Positions 51,015-59,388 of a stretch of DNA of 64,000 nucleotides are shown here, in pieces (the stretch's first letter is position 1; each line of letters starts with the position of its first letter). The translations under genes were made by a program, and so were the position numbers. The stretch is from an uncultured Gemmatimonadales bacterium (GTDB lineage Bacteria; Gemmatimonadota; Gemmatimonadetes; Gemmatimonadales; Gemmatimonadaceae): contig CAWKNZ010000008.1 of the NCBI GenBank assembly GCA_963851265.1, forward strand, positions 32,001 through 96,000, read 5' to 3'. The notes under the pieces were generated by a model, which was not told the origin of the DNA, ran no database searches, and worked only from the letters and a program-made list of their open reading frames with translations.

Positions 51015-52445
51015 ATGTCCGACCACGCCTCGTCGTCCGACCACGACCTTGCCCGCCGCTACCGCCTGCTCGACATCGCCGCCGAGGGCGGCGGCGTGCG
51101 CAGCCGCCATGCGGAGGAGTTCACGACGGGGCGGACGGTGATGGTGCACGAGGTCGACGGGGTGAGGCCGGCGGTGGTCGAGCGGTTGGGAGAGCAGATC
51201 GGGCGACTGCTCCCGGCGGACAGGAGGCTGGTGCTCGAGACCGCGGCATTCCCCGCGGGCTTCGCCATAGTTACCGAATTTCTCCCCGACCTCGCGTCAT
51301 TCCCTGCGTGGCTCGACGCGCGGGTGCGGGGCGCGGACCGCGCGCGCTCGGCGGAGCCCGACGGTTCCCCCGTCGCGATGGAGTTCTACGTCGGCGCGCC
51401 GGCACCGGGCGGCGCGGCCGCGGCCCCCGCAGCCGCGGGGGCCGGCGAGTTCACCCGCCTCTTCGTGCTCGGCGGCAAGGTCTCGTTCGAGCCGGCCGCG
51501 GCCGGAGCGGCGGGGCCTGAGCGGGCGCGTCCCGCGTCCGACCCAGCACGGTCCGATTCGATCGACGCGGCCGTGGTGCCGGCACAGCCCCCTGCCCCGG
51601 CGCCGCCCGTCGCGTCGGTGCCGGCGCCGGTGGTACCAGTCACACCACCACTCGCCGCGGGCGAGTTCACCCGGCTGTTCAACGCGTCCACGCCGGCGCC
51701 GGCGGGCGTCGGGGCCGCGTCGCCGCTCGTGCCGGCGGGCCCGCCGTCACCCGCACCGCGGCCGCCCCGCGCCGACGTCGCCGATGGGCTGCCGGGTGCG
51801 CGACACGCCCCCGCGGCGGGACCGGACGCCCCGTTCGCGCCGCCGCCGTTGCAGCCGACGCCCGCGTCGCCGATGGTGCCGGCCCAGGCGCCGCGCCCGA
51901 CGACCCCGCATGCCGCGGCAGCACCGCCGTACGCGGGCGGCGGGGCGACCGGAGCGCTCGCGGCGCGTGCCGTTCCGCCGGAGGCGCTGGCCGACCCGCT
52001 CGCCGCGTTCGCCGCGTTCGTGGCCCCGCCGGCAGGGATCGCTCCGCCCGCCGCGGCGTGGCGCCCCGCGGAGGCGGTGGCGTCCGCGGAGGGACTCCCT
52101 CCGGCCGCGGTGGGGGGCGTCGCGCGCGGACCCGCGCCGTTCGCGCCCGCCGTCGCGCCGCCGTCGGCGAGCGCGGGCCCGAGCGATTACACCCGCCTGA
52201 TCCGGAACGCCGTCGCGCCACCCCCGCCCGCGCGCGCGCGGCCCGCGTCGCCCGACGCCGCCGTGTCGCCCGTGCGGTTCCCGCTCCGCCTGGTGGTCGC
52301 GGTCAACGTCGCCCTGCTGCTCGCGGCGGCGATCGTCCTCTACTTCGCGACCCGCCCGCCGCAGCCGGCGGGGAGCGGCGCCCCGGGTGCAGCGCCTAAC
52401 GGGGTGCCGAACGCCCCGCCGACCGTGGCCGCGCCCCGCCGGTAG
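51015..52445 (+). CDS. Pro/Ala-rich membrane-anchored protein with kinase-N-lobe-like N-terminus and GEFTRLF repeats
   Basis: RYRLLD...GGGVRS....TGRTVMVH...AIVTEFLP; GEFTRLF twice plus SDYTRLI; C-terminal TM helix. Confidence 0.65.
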   Translation: MSDHASSSDHDLARRYRLLDIAAEGGGVRSRHAEEFTTGRTVMVHEVDGVRPAVVERLGEQIGRLLPADRRLVLETAAFPAGFAIVTEFLPDLASFPAWLDARVRGADRARSAEPDGSPVAMEFYVGAPAPGGAAAAPAAAGAGEFTRLFVLGGKVSFEPAAAGAAGPERARPASDPARSDSIDAAVVPAQPPAPAPPVASVPAPVVPVTPPLAAGEFTRLFNASTPAPAGVGAASPLVPAGPPSPAPRPPRADVADGLPGARHAPAAGPDAPFAPPPLQPTPASPMVPAQAPRPTTPHAAAAPPYAGGGATGALAARAVPPEALADPLAAFAAFVAPPAGIAPPAAAWRPAEAVASAEGLPPAAVGGVARGPAPFAPAVAPPSASAGPSDYTRLIRNAVAPPPPARARPASPDAAVSPVRFPLRLVVAVNVALLLAAAIVLYFATRPPQPAGSGAPGAAPNGVPNAPPTVAAPRR

Positions 52446-52470
52446 CGCCGGCCGGCGAGCGGCGCGCCGA

Positions 52471-53877
52471 TCACCGCAGCGCGATCACGAGCTCCAGGCG
52501 CGCGTCCACCAGCTCGGCGGGCACGTACACCGCGAGCGTGCGCGCGCGTGCGACCGCGTCCCACGCCGGCCCGGCGCGCCGCAGCGCGAAGTACAGATAG
52601 TCGAGCTTGACCGGCACCGCCGGCGGCGGCTGCGGGACGTGCGCCAGCTCCATCCCGGGCAGCGCCTGGCGGATGAGCGTGTCGACCACGTCGGCCGAGC
52701 CCACCTTGCAGCCGGTCAGCACGCGCGGGACGAGCTCGGCCTGACGCAGCGGCGAGCGGACGGCGAGGTACCACTGCGGCGCCGCGAGCCACGCCTCCTG
52801 CTCGATCGCGACCGCCTGCACGGCGGGACGCACCGGGCGCAGCGGGAGCGAGACCGCGGTTTCGGGCACTGCCGCGTCGAGCAGTTCGAGCAGTCGCGCC
52901 TCGAGCTGGCCGAAGCACTCCCCGAGTCGGACGTGCTCGTAGGCCGGCAGCGCGGGGGGTTCGGGCGCGAAGGTCGAGAGCGCGCCCGCGAGCGCGACCA
53001 TCGCCTCCCAGAGCTCGGCCGGGTGCCCGCCGCGCACGTCGGCGAGGTGGCGCAGGCCGGGCAGGTGCGTGTTGAGCGTGTAGAGCAGCCAGAAGCTCGC
53101 CACGTCGGTGACGGAGAAGTCGGCGAGCCCCTGGTTGCGCTGCCGCCGCGCCCCGGCGAGCGACGCGCCCTTGGCCGCGACGCGCGCGGCGAGGCGCTGC
53201 GCGAGGGCGCCGAGGGCGTCGCTCGCCGTGAGCGTGAGGACCGGCGGGACGAACGCACGGTCGAGCGCGTACTCGCCGGCCTCGGAGCGGACGAGGCGCG
53301 CGACCGGGAGCGTGGTGTAGCCCTCGGCCGGCTCGCCCTCGAGCAGGAGGCGCAGGTTGGCGCGCGCGACCTGGATGGGGCGCTCGCCGAGCCCGGTGTT
53401 CTCGTCGCGGACGAGTTGCTCGTCGGCGCGCCAGCGGGCGGCGCTGGACGTGCCGTTGGCGCCGCCGGTGGCGTGCGGGCCGGCACCGGCGCCGTCACCG
53501 GAGGGAGCGACCGGCGCGCCCGCCACGTTGCGCGTCGCCGGGCGGTACTCCGGGACCGCGAGGTGGACGAGCAGGGCGCGCTGGTCCTGGCCCCACGCGG
53601 ACGCGAGCGGTCGAGGGGGTGGTAGCGGGTCGGCGCCGGGCGCGTCGAAGAGCAGCCCGTCGGGGAGCCGGCCGGCGACCGCGGTGACGACGAGCGTGCC
53701 GCCCGCGAGCGCGGCGCGGTCGACGGCGACTCGCGAGAAACCCCACGGGCAGAAGGTGAGGGCCGCGAGCTGGAAGCGCAGCACCTCGTCCAGGTAGCGG
53801 TCCTGGGCCTGGAGGTGCTGCGGGGTGAGGAGCGTGCCTTTGGTCCAGAGGACCGGGGCGAGCGCGGGCGTGGGCAT
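52471..53877 (-). CDS. tssK: type VI secretion baseplate protein TssK (copy 2)
   Basis: VLWTKGTLLTPQHLQAQDRY, GRLPDGLLFD, FVPPVL, FWLLYTLN, HPAELWEAMVALAGALSTF, YEHVRL. Confidence 0.92.
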   Translation of the reverse strand: MPTPALAPVLWTKGTLLTPQHLQAQDRYLDEVLRFQLAALTFCPWGFSRVAVDRAALAGGTLVVTAVAGRLPDGLLFDAPGADPLPPPRPLASAWGQDQRALLVHLAVPEYRPATRNVAGAPVAPSGDGAGAGPHATGGANGTSSAARWRADEQLVRDENTGLGERPIQVARANLRLLLEGEPAEGYTTLPVARLVRSEAGEYALDRAFVPPVLTLTASDALGALAQRLAARVAAKGASLAGARRQRNQGLADFSVTDVASFWLLYTLNTHLPGLRHLADVRGGHPAELWEAMVALAGALSTFAPEPPALPAYEHVRLGECFGQLEARLLELLDAAVPETAVSLPLRPVRPAVQAVAIEQEAWLAAPQWYLAVRSPLRQAELVPRVLTGCKVGSADVVDTLIRQALPGMELAHVPQPPPAVPVKLDYLYFALRRAGPAWDAVARARTLAVYVPAELVDARLELVIALR

Positions 53878-54030
53878 ATGACCAGATATTACCGGAGGCC
53901 CGTGGCGAGCAGATCGAGTCGACCGTAATTCATCTCGGGCACGCCCCCGTGATCCATCCGCCACCGTGGATCGGTATCCACGGGTGAGCGCCACCGCCCG
54001 GCCTGCCGGGCCAACCGAGCGGAGCCGAAC

Positions 54031-54468
54031 GTGCGCAACAGAGCCAATCCGGTGCTCGTCGTGTTGGGACTTCTGGCGCTCGCCTGGGCGCTCACGATGT
54101 TGAAGCCGATGCCGCAAGGCGCCGTGCTCGTGGCCGTCGCTGCCGCGCTCGCCGTCGAACGCTGGGCGCCCCGACGGGCCCGGCCGGCCACCTTCGTGTC
54201 CGTCGCGTCGCTCGCGGCGCTCCTGGGGTACGTGATCGCCGGGTCGGAGCTGCTCGCGCACGCTCAACGCTGGCTGTTCCCGGCGCCCCGCCGCGTGATG
54301 CCGCTCTTCGCCCTCGTCGTCGGGGCGAGCATCGGCGCCGGGTTGTTCGTGTGGACGTTCATCTCGGTCATCCGGCCGCTGGCCCGGCTCGACGTCACGC
54401 GGCGCACCGGCCTGGTGGCGATCGGCGCCACCGGCGTCCTGGCCTGCGGGTTGGACGCGCTAGCCTGA
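54031..54468 (+). CDS. small multi-pass membrane protein
   Basis: 145 aa with 4-5 hydrophobic segments; first gene of the lower-GC island. Confidence 0.6.
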   Translation: MRNRANPVLVVLGLLALAWALTMLKPMPQGAVLVAVAAALAVERWAPRRARPATFVSVASLAALLGYVIAGSELLAHAQRWLFPAPRRVMPLFALVVGASIGAGLFVWTFISVIRPLARLDVTRRTGLVAIGATGVLACGLDALA

Positions 54469-54495
54469 CGCGCTCACAACTCACCAGGACCAACA

Positions 54496-55296
54496 ATGGC
54501 GTTCCCTCAGCCGCAGACTCCCGTCGCTCCGAGGGTCCCCGTCGCCCCGAGGACTGCGCAAGACTGGCTCGACGAGCTGGCGAACGGCCGGGAGCAAGCG
54601 TACCCCAATATCAGCCGTTCCGAGGTGGTGAGCGGGCTGCGCGACCGACTTGCGACACCGACGCTCATCGACCAGAAAAACACCAGCCTTTGTGGACCAG
54701 CCGCCCTGATGTACTGTCTCGCGTCGTCGAAGTCGGCGCTTTACGCACAGTACGTCGCGGAACTCTACGCGACCGGCCACAGCACGATCGGCCGGTTGAC
54801 GGTCGCGCCGGGCGCCGGTTGCAAGGCGTACAGGGCCACCGCGGCGAGCGGGATTCACCCCGTCGACTGGGTGACCCTCGCGAGCCTGCGCGACTCGGAG
54901 AACGATGCGTTCGACTACGACGCCCCGAGCTGCGAGGTCGGCGGCATCACGATGCCGGACGACCTCGTCGACTGGTTCAAGGACGTCGGCTTCAGCAAGG
55001 ACGCCAACGTCACCAATCTCGTCTTCACAAAGGACGAGGCCACGCTCACGGCCGCGGGCGTCCGGCGCAGCCATAGCCACCACGTCTGCCTGTTCATCAG
55101 CGCGAACATGCTGCAGAGCCCGCACGAGTCGTCGTGGACGCCCGACCACTGGGTGGTCCTCGCGTCGCCGGTGACGGTCGGAAGTGGGCGCGCGAAGTTC
55201 AGCGTCTTCACCTGGGGCGGCGTGCAGTCGGTCGACCAGCCGGTCGGCGATTTGTGCGAGAACTTCTACGGTTACGTCTCGAGTTCCGCAGCGTAG
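54496..55296 (+). CDS. papain-like cysteine peptidase domain protein, candidate T6SS effector
   Basis: DQKNTSLCGPAA (oxyanion Gln and catalytic Cys), DHWVVL (His), FTWG; no signal peptide; AGGA Shine-Dalgarno. Confidence 0.65.
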   Translation: MAFPQPQTPVAPRVPVAPRTAQDWLDELANGREQAYPNISRSEVVSGLRDRLATPTLIDQKNTSLCGPAALMYCLASSKSALYAQYVAELYATGHSTIGRLTVAPGAGCKAYRATAASGIHPVDWVTLASLRDSENDAFDYDAPSCEVGGITMPDDLVDWFKDVGFSKDANVTNLVFTKDEATLTAAGVRRSHSHHVCLFISANMLQSPHESSWTPDHWVVLASPVTVGSGRAKFSVFTWGGVQSVDQPVGDLCENFYGYVSSSAA

Positions 55297-55442
55297 CGGG
55301 ATCCACCGCCGCGCGCGTCAGCGTCGCGTGATGGGTCGGGGCGCGACCCGCTGTATACCGCCGTAGCGGGTGCGCGACTCTCGGGGCCGGACCCCACCCC
55401 GCCACAGCCACGCAGCAGGCAGGTAGAGCGGGGACCAACGGG

Positions 55443-56477
55443 ATGGGCGTGCGGACATTACGCGCCGGAAGCAGCGGCGGAGACGTGCGCGCCGTGCAGG
55501 CCGCGCTCAACCGGAACACCACGCTCGACACCGACGGCGTGTTCGGCCACGCCACCCGGGAAGCCGTGATCGCGTTCCAGACCGACCACGACCTGCAGGT
55601 GGACGGCGAGGTAGGGCCGGAAACGCGGCGGGCGCTCTTCCCGCTCGTCGGCCTGACGATCGAGGTCTTCGGGACGCGGATGGGACGCCGCGCGACCGGG
55701 GGGGCGGGGCCGACATTCGAGTTGCCCCCACTCATGCGCCCGTTGACGCTCCCCTCCCTCGTTCCGCCGCTCACGCTGCCCGCCGTGCCCGCGCCGTTCG
55801 CGCCGGGTCCGCCCGCCGGGCTCGGGCCGGTATCGCCGTTACCGCCGCTCTTGCCGCCGCTGCTGCCACCGCTGTCGCTGACCCCGCCTGCGGGGCGGCT
55901 CGTCAGTATTCCAGGACTCGCCGAGCCGATCATGCTTCCGCCGATCGCCACCACGCGGCCCTCGTCGAGCGGGCCGGACTGGCAGCAGGTCGCGCAGACG
56001 CAGCGGCAGTTCAAGAGCCTGTTCAAGGGGCCATTCATGGACAGCTTCGCCGTCGGCGTGCAGAGCGTCTTCCTGCACAAGGACACCGACAACCACGTCG
56101 AACTCACGACGGGGTGCCTGCTCCAGTCCCCGATCGGGTTCACCGACCACCAGGGTAACGATTTCACCCTCGCGTGCTTCGCGCAGGCCACGTGGGTCGA
56201 CCCGATCTTCCACTACGGGATGTTTCACCTCGCGAACCCGTACGCGCAGCTGCAGGCGCAAGGGAATGCGACAGGGCCAGCCCACCCCACGACACAGGTC
56301 GCCGGGTTCCCGGTCAACATCAACGTGGACCTGAACGACGACGGGCTACAACTCAACGCCAGCGCCGGCGCGGTCTGGTCGCTGGCGTTCGAGCACGACG
56401 GCGTGCACAGCACCTGGGGGACGGCGCTCGGGGTGGGGCTGGTCGGCAAGTTCCGCCTGCTCGACGGAGGGCGTTAG
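55443..56477 (+). CDS. peptidoglycan-binding domain protein with Pro/Leu linker and beta-rich C-terminal domain
   Basis: LRAGSSGGDVRAVQAALN...DGVFGHATREAVIAFQ...DGEVGPETRRAL (PG_binding_1-like). Confidence 0.8.
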   Translation: MGVRTLRAGSSGGDVRAVQAALNRNTTLDTDGVFGHATREAVIAFQTDHDLQVDGEVGPETRRALFPLVGLTIEVFGTRMGRRATGGAGPTFELPPLMRPLTLPSLVPPLTLPAVPAPFAPGPPAGLGPVSPLPPLLPPLLPPLSLTPPAGRLVSIPGLAEPIMLPPIATTRPSSSGPDWQQVAQTQRQFKSLFKGPFMDSFAVGVQSVFLHKDTDNHVELTTGCLLQSPIGFTDHQGNDFTLACFAQATWVDPIFHYGMFHLANPYAQLQAQGNATGPAHPTTQVAGFPVNINVDLNDDGLQLNASAGAVWSLAFEHDGVHSTWGTALGVGLVGKFRLLDGGR

Positions 56478-56614
56478 ACGGCCGACCGCCCACGGCGCCG
56501 GGCGCACGTGATCGGCGGGCACGCAGTCGGCGCATGACGCGCGCGCGGCCGGGATACGGTATAAACGCGTGCCCGTCCGACACCCGCGACCAGCCCTTAC
56601 CACGGACAAGTCTC

Positions 56615-57559
56615 ATGAGCCACTTCACCAAGCTCGGCGGGGCCGACGCGACCGGGTACGACGCCGGGCGCAGTTTACAAATACTGCCGGCCGGGCGGCG
56701 GACGACCTTCTATCTCGTCGCGGGCGCCAACCTCGAGGTCACAGTCGACGACGACTCGATCGCCGCCCTCAGCGTCGGGAATGACGACGACAAGTCAGCG
56801 CACGGGAGTGGCGCGTTGACCGGGTGGGAGCGATCGCAGGTTCTCCGCAAGGTGGTCCTCACCGCGAAGGCACCCGGCGGCGACACCACGCTGCGTGCGC
56901 TCCTCGGCGCCTCCGATTTCGCCAGGCCGGTCACGATCCGCGTGACAGCCGACCAGAATTGGAGGCAGTGCGGGAACGTGGCGGCCGAAGTCACGCCCGG
57001 GTTGCGGGGGGAATTGCGGCAGATGCCGCTGCGCGACGCCGTCCTTCGGATTGCGGAAGACCAGATGCACAGCACCATCGCGAGCGGATCCGGCTTCGGT
57101 ATCTACCACGCGAACAGCGAGTACAACTGGTGCGGGGCGTTCGTGCACTGGTGTTGGAGTCAGGCCGCCGCGATCAAGGGAGAGGCGAACCCGTTCGGCC
57201 CGAGTAGCGACGTGCTCCTCTCGCCGCAGAAGGCCATTCATTGGGCCATGCGGCCCGAGACGCCCGGCGTGTTGCTCCGTTACCAGGGCCCCGACCCGAT
57301 CACCGGGAAAGGCAGGCAGGAATATCGCGAGATCGGAGACGACGGATGCAGCCTGGAGCGGGGCGACGTCGTCCTGCTCCGCGACGGCAGCGCTACGGGA
57401 TGGAAGCACGTGTGCATGGTCAACCGCGTGGACGGAACGGCGGTCCAAACGATGGACGGCAACCAGGGCACCGGCCAGTGCATCAAGCTCGTGGACCGTA
57501 GCCTGGCCGACCTGCTGCCGGATAAGTCGCCGAAGCTGGCCTTCGTGCACGTGCCGTGA
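56615..57559 (+). CDS. CHAP/NlpC-P60-like peptidoglycan amidase, candidate T6SS effector
   Basis: NWCGAFVHWCW, RGDVVLL, KHVCMV, TMDGNQ; no signal peptide. Confidence 0.75.
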   Translation: MSHFTKLGGADATGYDAGRSLQILPAGRRTTFYLVAGANLEVTVDDDSIAALSVGNDDDKSAHGSGALTGWERSQVLRKVVLTAKAPGGDTTLRALLGASDFARPVTIRVTADQNWRQCGNVAAEVTPGLRGELRQMPLRDAVLRIAEDQMHSTIASGSGFGIYHANSEYNWCGAFVHWCWSQAAAIKGEANPFGPSSDVLLSPQKAIHWAMRPETPGVLLRYQGPDPITGKGRQEYREIGDDGCSLERGDVVLLRDGSATGWKHVCMVNRVDGTAVQTMDGNQGTGQCIKLVDRSLADLLPDKSPKLAFVHVP

Positions 57560-57574
57560 CGCGACCCGACGCCC

Positions 57575-57973
57575 ATGCGATCCGAACGCCTCTACCACGG
57601 GACTAACGGCGACAACGTCCTAGGCATCATTGCGGCGGGCCGGATGCGGCCGGACGCGGACGGCTGCATGTTTTTCGCCCGCCACGAGTGGAGCCACGTG
57701 CTGCAGCACGGTGGGGATCGCAAGCGGAAGGCCGCGTTCGCGCTCGCGCTCGACGTCGACATTCCGGCGTCTGCGCTCGTCGAATCGCGGGCGACGCCGG
57801 GCATCCCGGACACGTTCGTCGTCCGGACGCGCGCGCCGTTGGAGGTCAGGGCAGTGTGCCTGTTCGTCCGGAACCCCGGCGCGACCAGGGCGGAACAGAT
57901 CAGCGGCGCCGACGCCATCACCCGGTACCTGACCGCGCGGCATGGGCCCGTCACGCGGGACGCGGACGAGTAG
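57575..57973 (+). CDS. small ADP-ribosyltransferase-fold-like protein
   Basis: LYHGT...VLGIIAAGRMRP...CMFFA resembles the start of H-Y-E clade ART folds. Confidence 0.5.
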   Translation: MRSERLYHGTNGDNVLGIIAAGRMRPDADGCMFFARHEWSHVLQHGGDRKRKAAFALALDVDIPASALVESRATPGIPDTFVVRTRAPLEVRAVCLFVRNPGATRAEQISGADAITRYLTARHGPVTRDADE

Positions 57974-58068
57974 CGTGCGGTGTGTCGGCGGTCGTGTAAC
58001 CGCGGCCGTTCGGCGACGCCGGCAAGCCGTCGGTCATCGCCGCCCCATGACTTCGGAGGAGCCCGCCC

Positions 58069-58206
58069 ATGATCGCCGAAGTCCGCGCCGACGCCAGGGA
58101 CGTGCTGAAAGTCGTCCGTCCGCTCGACCAGGAGATCGCCTGCAACGGGGCGACCGCGGAGCTCTTCACCAAGCTCACCCGCATCAGGGGGGCGATCGCG
58201 GGGTGA
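58069..58206 (+). CDS. 45-aa small ORF (below the ORF-track cutoff)
   Basis: GGAGGAG, then ATG: MIAEVRADARDVLKVVRPLDQEIACNGATAELFTKLTRIRGAIAG, stop at 58204-58206. Confidence 0.45.
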   Translation: MIAEVRADARDVLKVVRPLDQEIACNGATAELFTKLTRIRGAIAG

Positions 58207-58311
58207 CTCGACATTAGGCGGTGACGCGCGGGTCCGCCGCGGCGTCGCCGGGGCCGGGTGAGCAGCTCAGACATTACCGCGCACTCGCGAGTGCGCTCTG
58301 GAGGGCGCGCG

Positions 58312-59388
58312 ATGGCAAATTTCACGGCCGTACCGCAAAGCGTATTGCAGCACATTCCGGGCAGTTTCACGAGCGACTGGCAGGCGATTCTCCAACGCCC
58401 GGGCACGTACTCCCTGTTCGACGAGCGCCAATGGCGCCTGGTAGTGCCTAACAACGAGGGCGACGCGGAAAAGGGTCCGCAGGCGCGCCTGATCGGCATG
58501 TGGGGTGGCCAGGACGGGGGCCAGCGGCTGGACGTTCGGCCGACGCATCCGATTCCCGGCCTGACGATCCAGCTGGTCTCCGAAACGCCGATCGCGCCCC
58601 ACCTCTGGCTCTGGTGCGTCACCGCGAACTTGCCGCAGTGCCTCGTGCGGCCGGTCCAGGCCGCGATCCTCGGGGTCACCACGGTGGCCGACGCGAACCG
58701 GCCGGCTGGCACCCCATTCGCGGGCGAGCTGCCCTTGGTGATCACACCGGAGGGCCCTTCAGGAGCCGGGGGGTACGGCAGCAATCTTCCCAACTGGGCG
58801 GGCGGGACGCGCGACGAGACGCGCGATGCCATCCTTCGCGAGTGCGAGCGGCAGGGGGTCCGACTCGATACCCAGGTCTCCTACCTGCTCGCCACCTGCG
58901 AGCACGAGTGCGGCTTTCGGCCGATCCGTGAAGGCCAGTTCGGCGGGCGCGCCGCGCAAGGAAGTGAGAACTTCCGCCGCACACTGCGCTACTACCCGTA
59001 CTTCGGTCGCGGCTACGTCCAGCTCACCCACTCGGGGAATTACAAGGCCTACGAGGACCGGCTCCGATTGGAGTTGGTCGGCGATCCCGACCTGGCGCTC
59101 CAGCCCGCGGTGGCCCTGTTCGTTCTGGTATTCGGTGTCACGAACGGGAGCTTCGGTACGGCCATGACCCATTTCGTCAACGCACAACGGACCGATTTCG
59201 TCAACGCGCGCCGGTCGGTCAATGCCCTGGACCGGGCCGAACACATCGCGACGATCGCCGAGCGCTGGCTGGTGTGGATCCGGAGCAACCACCCGGATCG
59301 ATTCGCGCGCGGGTTTCAGGCGGCGCGTGCGGGCGTACCGGGCGCGCTCGCGCCGGGCGGGCACGCGCCGCAGCAGATCCGGCAATGA
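58312..59388 (+). CDS. GH19/lysozyme-like peptidoglycan glycosidase, candidate T6SS effector
   Basis: YLLATCEHE, YFGRGYVQLTHSGNY, DFVNARRSVN; GGAGGG Shine-Dalgarno; no signal peptide. Confidence 0.8.
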   Translation: MANFTAVPQSVLQHIPGSFTSDWQAILQRPGTYSLFDERQWRLVVPNNEGDAEKGPQARLIGMWGGQDGGQRLDVRPTHPIPGLTIQLVSETPIAPHLWLWCVTANLPQCLVRPVQAAILGVTTVADANRPAGTPFAGELPLVITPEGPSGAGGYGSNLPNWAGGTRDETRDAILRECERQGVRLDTQVSYLLATCEHECGFRPIREGQFGGRAAQGSENFRRTLRYYPYFGRGYVQLTHSGNYKAYEDRLRLELVGDPDLALQPAVALFVLVFGVTNGSFGTAMTHFVNAQRTDFVNARRSVNALDRAEHIATIAERWLVWIRSNHPDRFARGFQAARAGVPGALAPGGHAPQQIRQ

